This document shows positions 1 to 13,100 of a DNA stretch of 64,000 nucleotides, in pieces. The DNA is from Haliotis cracherodii. Its lineage: Eukaryota. The notes under the pieces are model-generated. The model worked only from the letters and a program-made list of their open reading frames with translations, did no database searches and had not been told where the DNA came from. The DNA is taken from assembly GCF_022045235.1 (NCBI RefSeq), contig NW_027266286.1:50902001-50966000 (forward strand). Direction: 5' to 3'. The position numbers were made by a program, and so were the translations under genes. The number at the start of each line of letters is the position of its first letter. Within the stretch, counting starts at the first letter, position 1.

Positions 1-620
1 TTTTAAAATGTAAAGAATTTCAGATGATAATTATGAATGATCTTGTGCTAATTCATTTGCAGGCGGTAAAGGTACCATCCATGTATATCGTCTCAGCACC
101 TTGCAGGATATGTAGCTTCTCATCTATGGCAAAGGCAAGGGTCTTATTTTCTTCTCCATCGCTGAATAGGAGGAAGTGGTCCCCATCTGATGTATGGCTC
201 GGGGCATCATCTAGGTCCACTTGGGCTCTGGTTTAGGGCAGGACGGGTATGGTCTTCCTTCTGTGGCGGTAAAGGGCACTACTCATGCTGGGGAAGGCAG
301 GTAGGGCTTGGGCTTGGTCATCATCTTCTTCAGCGAGCTGTTGGTTGTAGAGCTGCTGTATCGGGGTTGTTTCCTCTCTTGCTCTCTTCCTCATTCTTCC
401 TGACAAAACGAACTTGGTTGGAATTCTCTGGGGGGCGGTTGTGCTCTGACACATTCCTTACAAAATCACAAACAGCAGTGCCCTTCCGGAGCAAGATTTA
501 ATTACACAACGCCAGTGTTGTGCTGTCTGTCTTGTTGCATTCTTGTTGAACAAGAATCCTTCAAAGAGAACCTGCTGGGTACCGCGGTCTGACGTAACGT
601 ATTCTACAGGTCGCAGAGCC
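1..620 (-). pseudogene. Mutator/MULE-type transposase relic with N-terminal FLYWCH zinc finger (frameshifted, runs off window start)
   Basis: ORF 458..721 contains FLYWCH-like 'SDRGTQQVLFEGFLFNKN...HWRCVIKSCSGR'; ORF 233..454 continues it; minus-strand translation of ~60-120 gives 'KLHILQGAETIYMDGTFTA', the MULE catalytic DGTF motif. Confidence 0.7.
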
Positions 621-1028
621 ATGATTGTGAATGATGTAAAAGCAATTGATACAGTATTTATACATATGTTTGTGATCACAAAATACATCTCATCAGTTAA
701 ACAGTTTCTCATCTCAAACATCTCTAGTCTTCTTTCATAGGATTACATGAATTACATTTATTAACCTCAAAGGGCAAAGTATTTACTAACAGAAAAATTA
801 AATATTTGTTAGTAAAATAACTTACAGTGACTTTGATCATTTTAACACCCTCTTCTCACCCTTTATGAATTTAACATTGTTGTTGCAAAAAGGACTTAAC
901 TCAGAGTGTTGGGTCATACCATTACAGCTTAAGGTGAGTGCTCTAATTACACCCCTACTCAACTGTATGACCATTGGCAATAACAAGGTGTATGACAAAT
1001 GGCCTGTCTGAGTGATTGGAGGGAACGG

Positions 1029-1129
1029 CCCCGTGACGACGCCAGACTTGCAGAGCGACCTGGGCTTGGTGCTCTTGGCTTGGTCATCCTGGGTTGGCGA
1101 GGGGGTGGTCTATTTGGGGGTGGTGGGAG

Positions 1130-1160
<31 letters not shown>

Positions 1161-2003
1161 TGTGAGGATGCGTAGGATAAAGGTGGGGGTCAAAATCCCT
1201 GTCGTACCAGTAGTAGATTTTGGAGTTTGGGTTCCTTGCAGGGGCAGGGAGGTCAGATGCTGTAATGCGTGTACTTATTGATAGGATTTGGTTTGGGCGG
1301 ACTGGGCAGTTGTTTGAAAAGGCAGTATGATCATATTGGTCACAGTTTATACAGGGTTGTGCTATTATGGAACTCGGAGCTGCATTTGGAACATCTGTCC
1401 AGGTTTTTACAATCTGATTGTGCGTGTCCAAAAAGGTGGCAGATGGTACATTGGACTGTTTTTTTCTCGTTTTGTGCACTTTGCAATATATTGATCCAAA
1501 AGGAAATTTGGTTCCTTTGAAAGTCAGGATGATAGTGGAGGTGTTTGTTAGGGGACCTTGTAGGTTTTTTTTCTGGTGATCCTTAGTAGATTAGTTATTT
1601 GAGGCTGGGTTTGGAGTTTATTTGATTCAATTACGTAAGCTTGTAGGTCGTGGTCAGACTCTGCAGGGTCGGTTTAAATGACCCCTTTTGTTTCAGATAA
1701 CCAACGAGGAGTCTGTTTGTTTCATTGCCACATTGAGGTCATATTGTAGGTTAAAGTTTATTTTGAAGGCTCAAGTTTATTTTGAAGGCTCTGCCGCAGC
1801 TGTTTATAAATTTGAATTTTAGATGGGTTTGCTTTAGTATAAGCCCAAATCTGTTTTTGGTGTACAGTGAAGTGAGCAGGGTGGACCTGTATTGGATGCC
1901 AGAAGTATTAGATGTTGATTGTTGTTTGAGTTAGGTTGTGTAGAACTCTGTCGTTTTTGTATCTTCGATTGCGTTTCAAGATCTTCGGGGGATTGTAGAG
2001 GGC
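1029..2003 (-). mobile_element. Old degenerate ORF1 fragment of the H1-associated LINE family (copy D)
   Basis: Colinear with ~49620-50620 (e.g. CINCDQYDHTAFSNNCPVR knuckle, 'YWYDRDFDP'); frameshifted; (TCG)n expansion at ~1131-1158. Confidence 0.9.
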
Positions 2004-2629
2004 ATAATCACTTCTTAATCAAGGAAAGTTTCAATTTCAACAACACTGTTAGGTAGTAAAAGCATTTGGCTACATTTCGGTTACAATAGCAACACTCACG
2101 GGTGAAGTTCAAAGCCACACGTGCTGTTTCCAATGAAGCGACCCAGTCTAAAATGTAGACATCGCTACTTTCAAAAGCACATTTTTAGCCTTGAGACTCA
2201 AGGTTTTGCATTTTAAACGTTGCCTGTCATTTCTCAATATATCTAACTATTAAAGTAAAACACAACACTCATCAGTATTGTCTATGATAAGCTAGAACAA
2301 GCGTTCAAACAACGACAATGAAGCATATTTTTCTGACGACTTCGCCATTTTGCAACAGAAACCATTTGACAGTATATTTCTGGAAACGTAATTTTGGTCA
2401 CTTCAATTAGAGTTGAAACTAACTTTGTCATAACAAGTAAGTAACGGGGATTTTACTTTCAGGAAAACAGTCTACTAAGACGAGGATCTCGGGACACAAG
2501 CAGCTAGGGCGCGAAGCCCCGAACAGTAACATATATACATAGGTGTTCACTCGATCGGTCGTCACAGAAGTCTTTTTGCCTGTCTTAATAGCACGATATT
2601 AGTAGGGGCCTTCGTCGTTTGGATGTTAA
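2004..2629. repeat. Orphan piece of the H1-5S repeat spacer (region upstream of H1)
   Basis: Near-identical to ~39120-39752 ('ataatcacttcttaatcaaggaaag...ggatgttaa'); cut on the right by a Gypsy LTR. Confidence 0.92.
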
Positions 2630-3807
2630 TGTTGCAGCATCTGCTGGTCTGGTTAAATGAGGACCAAGGCGGCGGGGTGTGAGACACCTGTTTATTCTTG
2701 CTATATAACGTGGCTATTACATGACACTGTGTAGTAACAATAAAATAGGCAATAAGTATTCCTAAACACATCTATCACATAATTATATAAATCAATTAAA
2801 TATTGCATAAAGGACAATTAAAATCTCATTGTCAAGTCCCTGCATATTTATATATGATATGCAACATTAGAATTTCATAATAAGTTAATCACGTTCACTC
2901 ATAAACAAATAGCTATATATTACCTACAAGCTGAACATTACTGATAGTATACGAAACATTTATACAGGTGTAATGGGCATAGGCATATATACAATACGAC
3001 ATTTGCATCTGGGCACATTTAGATGAAACTAATTATAACAAAGGCATACCCTGTGGGTATGGCAGAGAAGCCTTTTTAGTGAGCCGTATGCAGTAGCCTA
3101 CATGATAAATAACAATCACATACTATTCACATTGTTGATTATGAATACACAACGCAGACAACATATATATTTCCTAAATAGCATTTTGTCCATATTTACA
3201 ATATTCCTGATTATTACATATCAGATAATAATCATACAGATAAAGCTTGCAATGTGCATTTAGATTGAAATATTGCACAGTCATTACACTGAAATCTAAC
3301 ACATTGTTTCATGAATCCATTCATAACATTCATGCTCATAAATCACTAACTATTTACAATATCACAAATATCAGATTACTATAAGTTATTTAATGCAATC
3401 AGTAAGATTAATATACTTTTAGACAATAGACAAAGTTTAGTAAGTAATAATATTAACTAACCTGTGAACTTGTACAGTGCTGTGATAGTGACTATGGTCA
3501 GAGGTGTTAAGATGGCTGGTGACACAGATATTCAAAATCACCAATCAAGACAAAGAACTAACCTTCAGCCCTTTGATTAACACAGTAAAACAATTATACG
3601 AAAATAAAATAACCTGACTACCCTTAAAACAAGAATGAACTGACCTTATAACCTGATTAAGCTATGAGAGTATTATACCCGAGATAGACAGACAACTGAT
3701 TACAACACTTGTTGTATACAAGCAGTAGTCTGTTGAACAACCCTATATACATATTATAATGTAATAGGTACTGTTGTTACAAAATGGTTGATTTTATCCC
3801 TGTTACA
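2630..3807 (-). repeat. 3' LTR (~1.18 kb) of a Gypsy/Ty3 element
   Basis: Minus strand begins TGTAACA at 3807 and ends ...GCAACA at 2630 (TG...CA); polypurine tract GGAGGGGGAAAG at 3810-3821 just upstream; left boundary coincides with loss of spacer homology. No partner LTR seen in the window. Confidence 0.7.
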
Positions 3808-3838
3808 CACTTTCCCCCTCCGACTAATGACGTCCTCG

Positions 3839-6715
3839 TCATGAAAGTTTTCCGGTCACAGGTTCCAGTAGAGCATCTGAATCTTTGTTGGAAAATATCC
3901 CCTTAGCTATGAGTGAGCTAAGGTAATCCACTCGAGAGATCCATCCTTTATTATCATCTGCAGATACTGACATGACATAGTCTCCACTGGTCTGCCAACC
4001 TGGTCGTATCCTTGCCCTCTGTGACCTACGGAGGGGTTGAGTTGGCAATATCCTCCTCCTACGATTTTCAGATACAGGTCTATCAGGTGGCGATGTTCCG
4101 GACGCTGCATCGGGTGGAGGAGCATCAGGTTCAACTTCCTGAACATCTGGAATTTCAGCTATGTCTGCTGCTTCTATGTGACCTGGTATACCAACTGAAA
4201 AGTCTGGTACTATTGTAACATCATCATCATCATCATCATCATCATCAGAAGTCTCCATGGCGGTCAATTCCTCAGGGACTTTCTGGTTAGATGCTCCAGA
4301 ATGAGGTCTTGTCACCTTGGGATTAGATCTGATAACTGGTACAGGTGTTTCTGGGACTGATAACGAAGTAATAGATTCCTATGGAGTGTTCTTGTCTTCC
4401 CTTCTCCATTTTCCTTCCTGGCCACATAAACTGGAATAGCTGGGTTCGGTTGTTTCAGAACGACATAGACGTCCCATTTATCAGCGATCTTGTGCTTGCC
4501 ATCAAATGCTACCATTTTACACCAGAACCCAATCTCCCGCCTCCACCATGGCTGCTCTAGCTTTGACGTCATGTCTCTTTCTGTCTTGCTTGAGAGTTAT
4601 TTACAGATTTAGACGCAAGATCATAGGCTTGCTTAAGTCTATCCCGTAGTGTCTTGGTGTATTGGCACACTGACCTGGATTTACTTGGTTCAATCTCAAG
4701 GCCAAATGCCAAGTCAACTGGTAGTCTGGGATGCCTTCCAAACATCAGACAAAATGGGGAGTATCCTGTTGATTTATGCCTTGTAGAAGTATACGCATGT
4801 ACAAAACGTCCCACGTGAGATTTCCTGTCTCTCTTTCCCTCAGGATCAAGTGTCTCAAGCATGTTAAGTAGTGTCCTGTTAAATCTTTCACAGAGACCGT
4901 TGCCCATGGGATGATATGGTGTAGTCCGACTCTTCTTCATGTCAGTGAGGTGACAGAGTTCAGTCACTAACTTTCCTTCAAAATTAGCGCCTTGATCGGA
5001 ATGGATTGGTTTGGGTAAGCCTTAATGCACCACAAAGTTTGGGAAGGAAACTTCAGCTGTTGTTCTTGCTGTCATATTTCTGGTGGGATAAGCCTGTACA
5101 TACCGTGTAAAATGATCTGTTACAACTAAGGTGTGTTGTTGTCCTCCTTTAGATGGTTCAGGGGTAAAGAAATCCATGCATACTAATTCCATAGGCTGTT
5201 AAAGTTTTTTTCTTCTGGGGCATCTCTCACAGTTCTGTACATGATTCGCGATGTCCTTTGTCATTCCTGGCCAGTAGAATCTTTCTATTATGATTGAATA
5301 AGTTCTGTCCCGTCCATGATGGCCAATATGATCATGAAGACAATGAAGCACAGCCTGTCGACATCTCTTTGGCAACCCTAATTGTTTGCAATCTTCTCCA
5401 TCCACTGATGTTATCCTGTAGAGAACTCCACGACACAATTTGAAGTTAGAATATAGTGTTTAAGGTGATCAATTCTGTATTCCCAATGCAATCTTGATGC
5501 TTTGGTCTTATACCATTCCGGAGATGTGAAATGACTGTTTCCAGGGCAGGATCTTTGGACTGAGCTCTCCTGCAGTCATGGGCATTTCAATCACAGGTAT
5601 CCTTTGTCATTTCGGGATCTGAGCCATCCACTACTGCTGATGACACACAGACACTTTCCACTAAAGTGGGTGCAGCTGTCATGTTACAAATGACATTGAC
5701 AGATTCTGATGTTATCACAGATGGCTGTTGAAGTCGGGACAGTGTATCTGCATCAATATTTGACTTTCCTGGACGATACTCTATGTTGAAGTTGTAAATA
5801 GATAAAGCTGCCAGCCATCTATGGCCTGTAGCATCTAGCTTGGCACTGGTGAGGACATACGTGAGTGGGTTGTTATCTGTCAGTACAGAAAAATCATGGC
5901 CATACAAATAATCATGAAATTTCTCTTGTAGCCCATTTTAGACATAAGAACTCCAGTTTGTGAGCGGAGTAGTTGCGTTCTGACTTATTCAATCATCTGC
6001 TGGCATAAGCAATGACTTGTTGATGTCCATCATGATGCTGATACAAAACAGCTCCAAGTCCAATGTATAATTCAAATGGCCTGGAGTAATCAACATAGCC
6101 AAGAATAGGAGGTGATGTCAGATGATCTCGCAATTCTTGAAAGGCTTTTCCTGAACAGGTCCCCATATCCACTGTACTTTGTTAACTTTGTATTTCCTTG
6201 ATGTTGATTTCTTTGAATTTGCCTTTGGCATCAATTCCGAAAGAGGTTTAGCAACTTTGGAGAAGTTTTTACAAATTTTCTATAATATCCAGCAAATCCT
6301 AAAAACGTTCTCGCTTCCTCTGGACTTGTTTGTGTGGGCCAATTTTGGATCACTGCTAATTTCTCTGGATCTGCCTCAATTCCATTTTCCGACACTATAT
6401 AACCGACATATTTTACACAATGTTTGAAGAATTGGCTTTTCTTTGGGGCTAATTTCAGGCCGCATTCTCTAAGTCGTTGAAATACACATTCCAAGCGTCC
6501 CAGATGTTCCTCATAAGTCTTAGAGAAAATGACCAATTATCAATGTAGACAAGGCAGTTTTCCATTAAGCGCTGGTACGTTGCAGGGACAGTGCAAAGTC
6601 CGAATGGCATCCTATTAAACTCGTAGAAGCCGAATGGTCCAACGGTAAATGCTGTCCTTTCTTTGTGTTTCTCTAGTATCTCTACTTGTTGGTATCCAGA
6701 CTTCATATCAAGAAC
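3839..6715 (-). mobile_element. Gypsy/Ty3 pol pseudogene (RT C-part, RNase H, integrase), fragmented
   Basis: ORF fragments with 'LDMKSGYQQV...TAFTVGPFGFYEFNRMPFGL' (RT), 'TDNNPLTYVLTSAKLDATGHRW' (RNase H), HHCC 'HDHIGH...CERC' and 'TTPYHPMGNGLCERFNRTL' (integrase); RT-RH-IN order is Gypsy type. Confidence 0.92.
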
Positions 6716-6773
6716 GCCACTCATGAAGAGCAACCTCCTCGTGGTGAGTGCTGGGTAACGCTAATAGCTCTTC
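6716..6773 (+). ncRNA. HDV-like ribozyme at LINE 5' end (one P1 mismatch)
   Basis: P1 G(c)CACUC/GAGUGCU, P2 GAAGAGC/GCUCUUC, P3 ACC/GGU, L3 UCCUCGU, P1.1 CC/GG, J4/2 GCUAA; starts exactly after the TSD. Confidence 0.8.
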
Positions 6774-7244
6774 CCCCGTGTGGCCCCGGGGTAGAATGTG
6801 TCCACAGCACCCCATTGCTGGTCGTATCAGGCGACTAAATTGGGCAACCTGTTTGCCGTGGGTTGCGCCCCTGTGTCGTGTTGGTGGAGGACGGGATTCT
6901 GGTGGTTGAGGACACTGGACCAAGGAACCGGTGTTCCTTTGCCCAACACACCACTTTGACCCTAACTTCACCTAGACGGGTGGTAGAAAGGGCCCATTTC
7001 TATCAATTGGCTGGTCACGCCATCCCTGTGTGTATTACTTTCAATACATATTTTTGCACTGTGTGTATTATATTTATCACAAATGTATTGCTTGGTCTTT
7101 TTTAAAACACATTTATCAAAATAAATATATTGCCTAGAGTCCTATGCCAGGAGGCGGTGGCTCATGGGCCAATCTGGTAATGTTAACCGCTGAATTATGT
7201 ATGTCTCTAAATTATTGTTAAAGGCTGAACCAGCTTAGCAATAT

Positions 7245-7505
7245 TTGTTTGTTGTTTAAAACCGCACTCAGCAATATTCCTGCTATATGACAGCGGTCAG
7301 TAAAATAATCGAGTCTGGACCAGACAATCCAGTGATTGACATCATGAGCATCGATCCACGCAATTGGGATCGATGACATGTATCAATCAAGTCAGTGAGC
7401 CTGACCACCCGATCCCGTTAGTCGCCTTTTACAACAAGCATAGTCGCCTTTTACGGCAAGTATGGGTTGCTGAAGACCTATTCTACCCCGGAATCTTCAC
7501 GGGTC
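7245..7505 (-). mobile_element. SINE-like non-autonomous retroelement starting GACCCGTGAAG
   Basis: TSD AGCTT(A/G)GCAATAT at 7232-7244 and 7506-7518; (AAAC)n-type tail; 3' end resembles the local LINE 3' ends; head shares a motif with the LINE 5'UTR. Confidence 0.8.
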
Positions 7506-7561
7506 AGCTTGGCAATATATTTAGTTGACAAATATAGCTATCCATGTCATATATATTTGCT

Positions 7562-7619
7562 GGCACTCGTGAAGAGCAACCTCCTCGTGGTTAGTGCTGG
7601 GTAGCGCTAATAGCTTACC
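7562..7619 (+). ncRNA. HDV-like ribozyme, degenerate copy
   Basis: Same fold as 6716 and 17221 but with a P1 mismatch and a disrupted P2 3' strand (GCUUACC). Confidence 0.65.
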
Positions 7620-9879
7620 ACCCGTGTGGAACCGGGGAAGAATGTTTCCACAGTACCCCATTGCTTGTCGTATGAGGCGACAAAATTGGTCAACCTGTTT
7701 GCCGTGGGTTGCGCCCCTGTGTCGGCGGAGGACGGGATTCTAGTAGTTGGTTCCAGGAACAGTGTTCCTTTGCCCAACACACTACTTTGACCCTTACTTC
7801 GCCTAGACAGGTGGTAGAATGGGCCCGGTACTATCAATCGGCTGGTCATGTCTAGCCCTGTCCTGGAACATTGTTTGTATAATCTACTACATTATATTGT
7901 ATTTTGGCTTTGAATGTTAAACTTTCTGTAAATACGTTTGCCTAGAGTCCAATGCCAGAAGGCGGTGGCTCATGGGCCAATCTGGTAATGTCGACCTCTG
8001 AGTTCTATATGTCTCCAATTTTTTGTTATGAGCAGAACCAGCCTAGCATTATTATTGGTAGACAAATGTAGCTATTCATGCCGTATTTCCTGGAGTATAT
8101 CACCCTTGTACCCCCGGTGTTTGCATGTCGGATCTCCGCTGCAGTGAAACACTGTCCTTGTTGACACTCCGTGGTGGGTGAGGAGCAGGGGTCCTGAATC
8201 TTACTACCTACATCATTTTGCTTACCCATTCTGGTTCCGTTAGAAATGACAAGAAAAGGAGATCAGAGGCTCATCATCTCTCATATCATGAAGAAACTTG
8301 GGCCAAGTTTATAGTCATTGAGTCTACAAATGGAGATCCACTTAAAATCAATCCTTTCGTTATCTCAAAGACTATTCAGTCCATCAGTGTGAAGTTAAGA
8401 ACGTTTCACGTCTCCGAGGCGGTTTGCTCCTTGTTGAGTGTGATAGACGTCAACAATATATAAATTTGATAAAACAACATCAATTTGCAACCATCAGTGT
8501 CGCTGTTTCAGCGCACAAAACACTAAACTCTAGTCGAGGCATAGTTAGAGACAGAGCCCGTTGTCTGGCGGACATGTCTGAGGAAGAAATAGCTGCTGAA
8601 CTTAAAGACCAAAATGTCACTTCTGTTAAACGCTTCACTGTCAAGAAACAGTATGGTAGAATTGAACCCAGCAACACCTACCTGTTTACATTTGCTTTGT
8701 CTACTGTACCCAAATCCACAAAAGCTGGCTATTTCAATATCGTGGTGGAGGTGTATATCCCCTCTCCACTCGCATGTTATACATGTCAAAAGTTTGGGCA
8801 TGGTTCCAAATCCTGCCGTTTCTCTCATCGTTGTCACCGCTGCAGTGAGGATCATCAGGACTCTGATTGCACTAAAGATCCTAAATGTGCAAATTGCAGT
8901 GGTGACCATCTGTCATCCTCTAAATCTTGCCCTGGGTGGCTGATTCAAACAAAAATCTTAAAATTAAAATATGAAACCAATATCCCTTTCCATGAAGCTA
9001 AACAACAAATGAACCAGACTCCAGCAAAGGTATCTACTAATATCTCCTACTCAGCTGCTGTCTCAAACAAACCAAAATCGGTTTCTATTTCGTGCCAAAC
9101 GGATTTGACGTGGGTTACATCTGAACAACCAGTGAATAAAGATACTACACAATCTCAATCTCTCACTTTGGCAACATCTTCCTCCCAGACTGTAACTCAG
9201 TCACAAGCTGAGGTTGATCAAGCTGTTGATATTGACGTACCTGCTGAAACGTAATAAAAAACACAACGCAAACGCCTCAATCGTAAAAAAACCAATCATC
9301 ACAGAGCCTCTCTCCTTTAGAGGTACCTGTAACTGTTGAGGTTCATAACTCATTTGACCCTCTGGAGATGGAGGTGACTCCATCATCAGAACACAGACAC
9401 ATGAGTCCGTGTTCCTCCCGTGGCCGTGAGAGATCCCCCATAGAACCTCCATGAACCAATCTCTTAATGTCATTCGGTGGAATTGTAGAGGACTATTAGA
9501 ATAATTTTAATGAAGTACTGTTATTAGCACAAGATTATAAACCATCAGCATTTAGTTTGCAGGAAACCTATCTCAAGCAAACTGATAAATTTGAAATGCG
9601 TCAGTACAATCCATATAATTCTTTTTCCCCACCATGTGATAAAGCCACTGGGGGTGCTTCAATTTTGGTGAGGCAGGGCATTATCCACAGCCCTGTTTCT
9701 CTTAACTGTAATCTTCAGGCTGTTGCTGTCCGTCTTACCTTACACATAACCTTCACACTTTGTTCATTATATATTTCTCCATCCTCGAATCTTCAGCAGT
9801 CCGATCTTCAGGATTTATTTGACCAACTCCCTAAGCCCTGTATCATCATGGGTGATCTTAATGGACATAACCCTATTTC

Positions 9880-10120
9880 AAGGTGCAGAGTTGCGTCCCT
9901 TGGGCACGCCAGAAATCTATGATTGGTTCGAATCCCGGTTCGCCCCGATTATGTTTCTAGGTTTGTCAGCACCATACCCGTGCTCGTGAGTTTCACCGAA
10001 GTGGTAAACTTCTGAGATCTGCATCACTTCGGGCTTTCCTCCAACATTAAGCTGACACGCCATGATATAACTGGAATACTGTTTAAAGTGGCGTTAAACC
10101 CAACTCTCTCACTCACTCAC
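9880..10120 (+). mobile_element. SINE with tRNA-type B box and LINE-like (ACTC)n tail
   Basis: GGTTCGAATCC B box; homologous to 15110-15350; interrupts the LINE APE region, with flanking LINE sequence lost. Confidence 0.8.
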
Positions 10121-13100
10121 ACAACATGATGGAATTTTTCAAAAGCCAATTGGCCATTATTTCAGACTATGTGTACTGACAAATTGAAACCAAACCTTTT
10201 CATGGATGTTCCTGATCCAACCCAATCATTCTCTGACGAGCTGAAGAACATAGCTGATGAAACTATTCCTAAGTCCTCTCTAAACTCACATATTCGGAAA
10301 CCATGGTTTAATGACGAATACCAACAAGCTAGGAAGCGTAGGAAGAAGGCAGAGAAATATATTCGACGCCATCCTACTGTACATAATCTAAACAATGTAA
10401 AAATAAATTCTGCCAAAGCTCGACGACCCTTTAAACAAAATAGAAATCAGTCTTGGAAGAATTATGTTTCTAAAATAAATTCACGCACGCCTATGTCAAA
10501 GGTATGGAACATGATCCAAAAAATCAAAGGCAAAGGTTCCAAAACTAGTATTCGTCATCTAAAAGATGACAATAATTTATGGACTGAAAAATCAGATATT
10601 GCAAACAAATAGGGCGAAACTTTAGCTAAACATTCTTCTTCGTCAAATTATAATCCAAAGTTCCAGAAACATAAACAACAACAAGAGAAGAAAAAAGTTA
10701 ATTTTAATTCTGACAATGGCAAAGACTATAATGAAGTTTTTTCACTACATGAACTACACACTGCTTAACACAAGCTCATGATACTGCAACTGGTGCTGAT
10801 GATATTCATTATCAGCTCTTAAAACACTTGCCTGAATCTTGTCTCACAACACTACTGATTATTTTTGATGATATTTGGACAACGGGACATTTTCCTCCTT
10901 CATGGAGAAATGCTACAATTGTACCCATACCAAAACCTGGCAGGGATCATACAGATCCATCAAATTATCGACCTATTTCATTAACTAGCTGTGTTTGTAA
11001 AATCATGGAGCGCATGGTAAACAATCGATTAGTTTGGTTTTTAGAAACCAATAATCTGATTAGTAACATCCAATGCGGTTTCCGTAAAAACCGAAGTACA
11101 ATTGATCATTTGATTCGTTTAGGATCATTTATGAAAAAATGCTTTTGTCAATAAACAGCATACTGTATCTATCTTTTTTGATGTTGAAAAAGCTTATGAT
11201 ACCACTTGGAAGCATGGTATTTTAAAAGATTTACATGACTTTGGTTTGAGAGGCCGCTTGCCTCAATTTGTATCACAGTTTTTACCAGACAGACAATTTC
11301 AGGTTCGTGTTGGATCAACCCTGTCTTAACATTATAATCAGGATCAGGGTGTTCCACAGGGCAGTATTTTGTCTGTCACATTGTTTAGCATCGAAATAAA
11401 TAGTCTATCTAAAGTATTAAATGACTCAATGGATGGGTCATTTTTTGTGGATGATTTTAATATATCATGCCGTGGTAAAAATATGCATACCATTGAAAGA
11501 CAGTTACAGTTGTGTCTTAATAAAATTCATAAATGGTGTCTTGAGAATGGATTTATTTTTTCACAGAACAAAACAAATTGTATACATTTCTGTTGGAAAT
11601 ATAAACCCAATAAAGTCCCATAACTCTCTTTAGATGGCACTCCAATTAAGGTTGTAAAGACGTTTTTGCCACAAATCAAATATTTAAAGACTAAATGCCT
11701 GAAGGCCCTAGATTTATTGAAAGTTGTCTCAAATTCAAAGTTGGGAGGGGATCAGACAACCCTTCTTCACTTATATAGATCTCTAATTCGCTCTAAGCTG
11801 GAATATGGCTCCATTGTGTATGCCGGAGCTTGCAAGAGTAATTAAAAAAAAACTGGATTCAATCCACCATGAAGGATTAAGACTTTGTCTTGGTGCTTTT
11901 AGAACTTCTCCTGTTGACAGCCTCTATGTCGAGGCTGATGAACCCTCTTTGAAACAACGCTGTATTAAATTGTCTCTTTAATATATCACTAAATTACACT
12001 CTAACCCTTCTAATCCTGCTTATGACTCCGTTTTTCATCCCCTATATGAAGAGCTGTTTAAGAAAAAAACAAAGCTGATTCCACCACTTGGAATTCGGAT
12101 GGATCACATATTATTGCTGCAAATACAGATCTAGATATTATCTCACCATATCGTCTCTTGTCTACTCCTCCCTGGCAGCTGGTGGGGCCAGAAGTAGATG
12201 TTTCTCTAACCCGTTTTATTAAATCTGACACAAATCAACAGGAATATGTACAATTAAGAAATAAATATGACACTCACCGTTCAATCTTTACTGATGGATC
12301 CAAGGACAGTGGCAAGGTGGCATGTGCCACTGTCGTTGGATCAAAACATATATCATCTAGAATACCAGACAATAGCTCTATTTTCACTGCTGAGGCCAAT
12401 GCTATTCTTACAGCCTTAGTATACATTCAACGACAGTCGGCATATAAACAATTTATCATCTTTTTTGATTCTTTGTCTTGTCTTCAGGCACTGAAAAAAG
12501 TCTCTTCTAATCATCCAATTATTTTAGATATTTTAGAACTTTATAATAATCTTTCAACTGGCCAATATGACATCATGTTTGTATGTTGCCCAGTCATGTG
12601 GGCATAAAAGGCAACACAATGGCTGATGCTGCAGCAAAAGCAGCACTCAACAAATCTGTGACACCACTTCTCATTCCATACAGCGATTGTAAACCTATGA
12701 TCAGATGTTACATCCGAGATCTTATGCAATAGAAGTGGGACACCCAAGTTGGAATCAATACATTACATCAAATTAAGCCAACCATCGGTTACCCCTACTT
12801 GGGTTGTTAGTCTAGGTTTTAAGAGGTCATAATGGGACGATGTCGTATTGGCCATAGCAGATATACACATGAACATATACTGAAAGGTGAGGATCCTCCA
12901 TTTTGCATCCCTTGTGATGAGAGAATCACAGTCAAGCATGTTCTGCTTGACTGTATTGATTTTGCCATCACAACTATTTCAAATCATCATCTCTTAAGGA
13001 TCTTTTTAATAGTATCAGTTGTCATTTAATTTTGAGATTTTTAAAAGATATAGAACTTATTGATAAATTTTGATTGTGTAGACAGTTGATTTTTATAATA

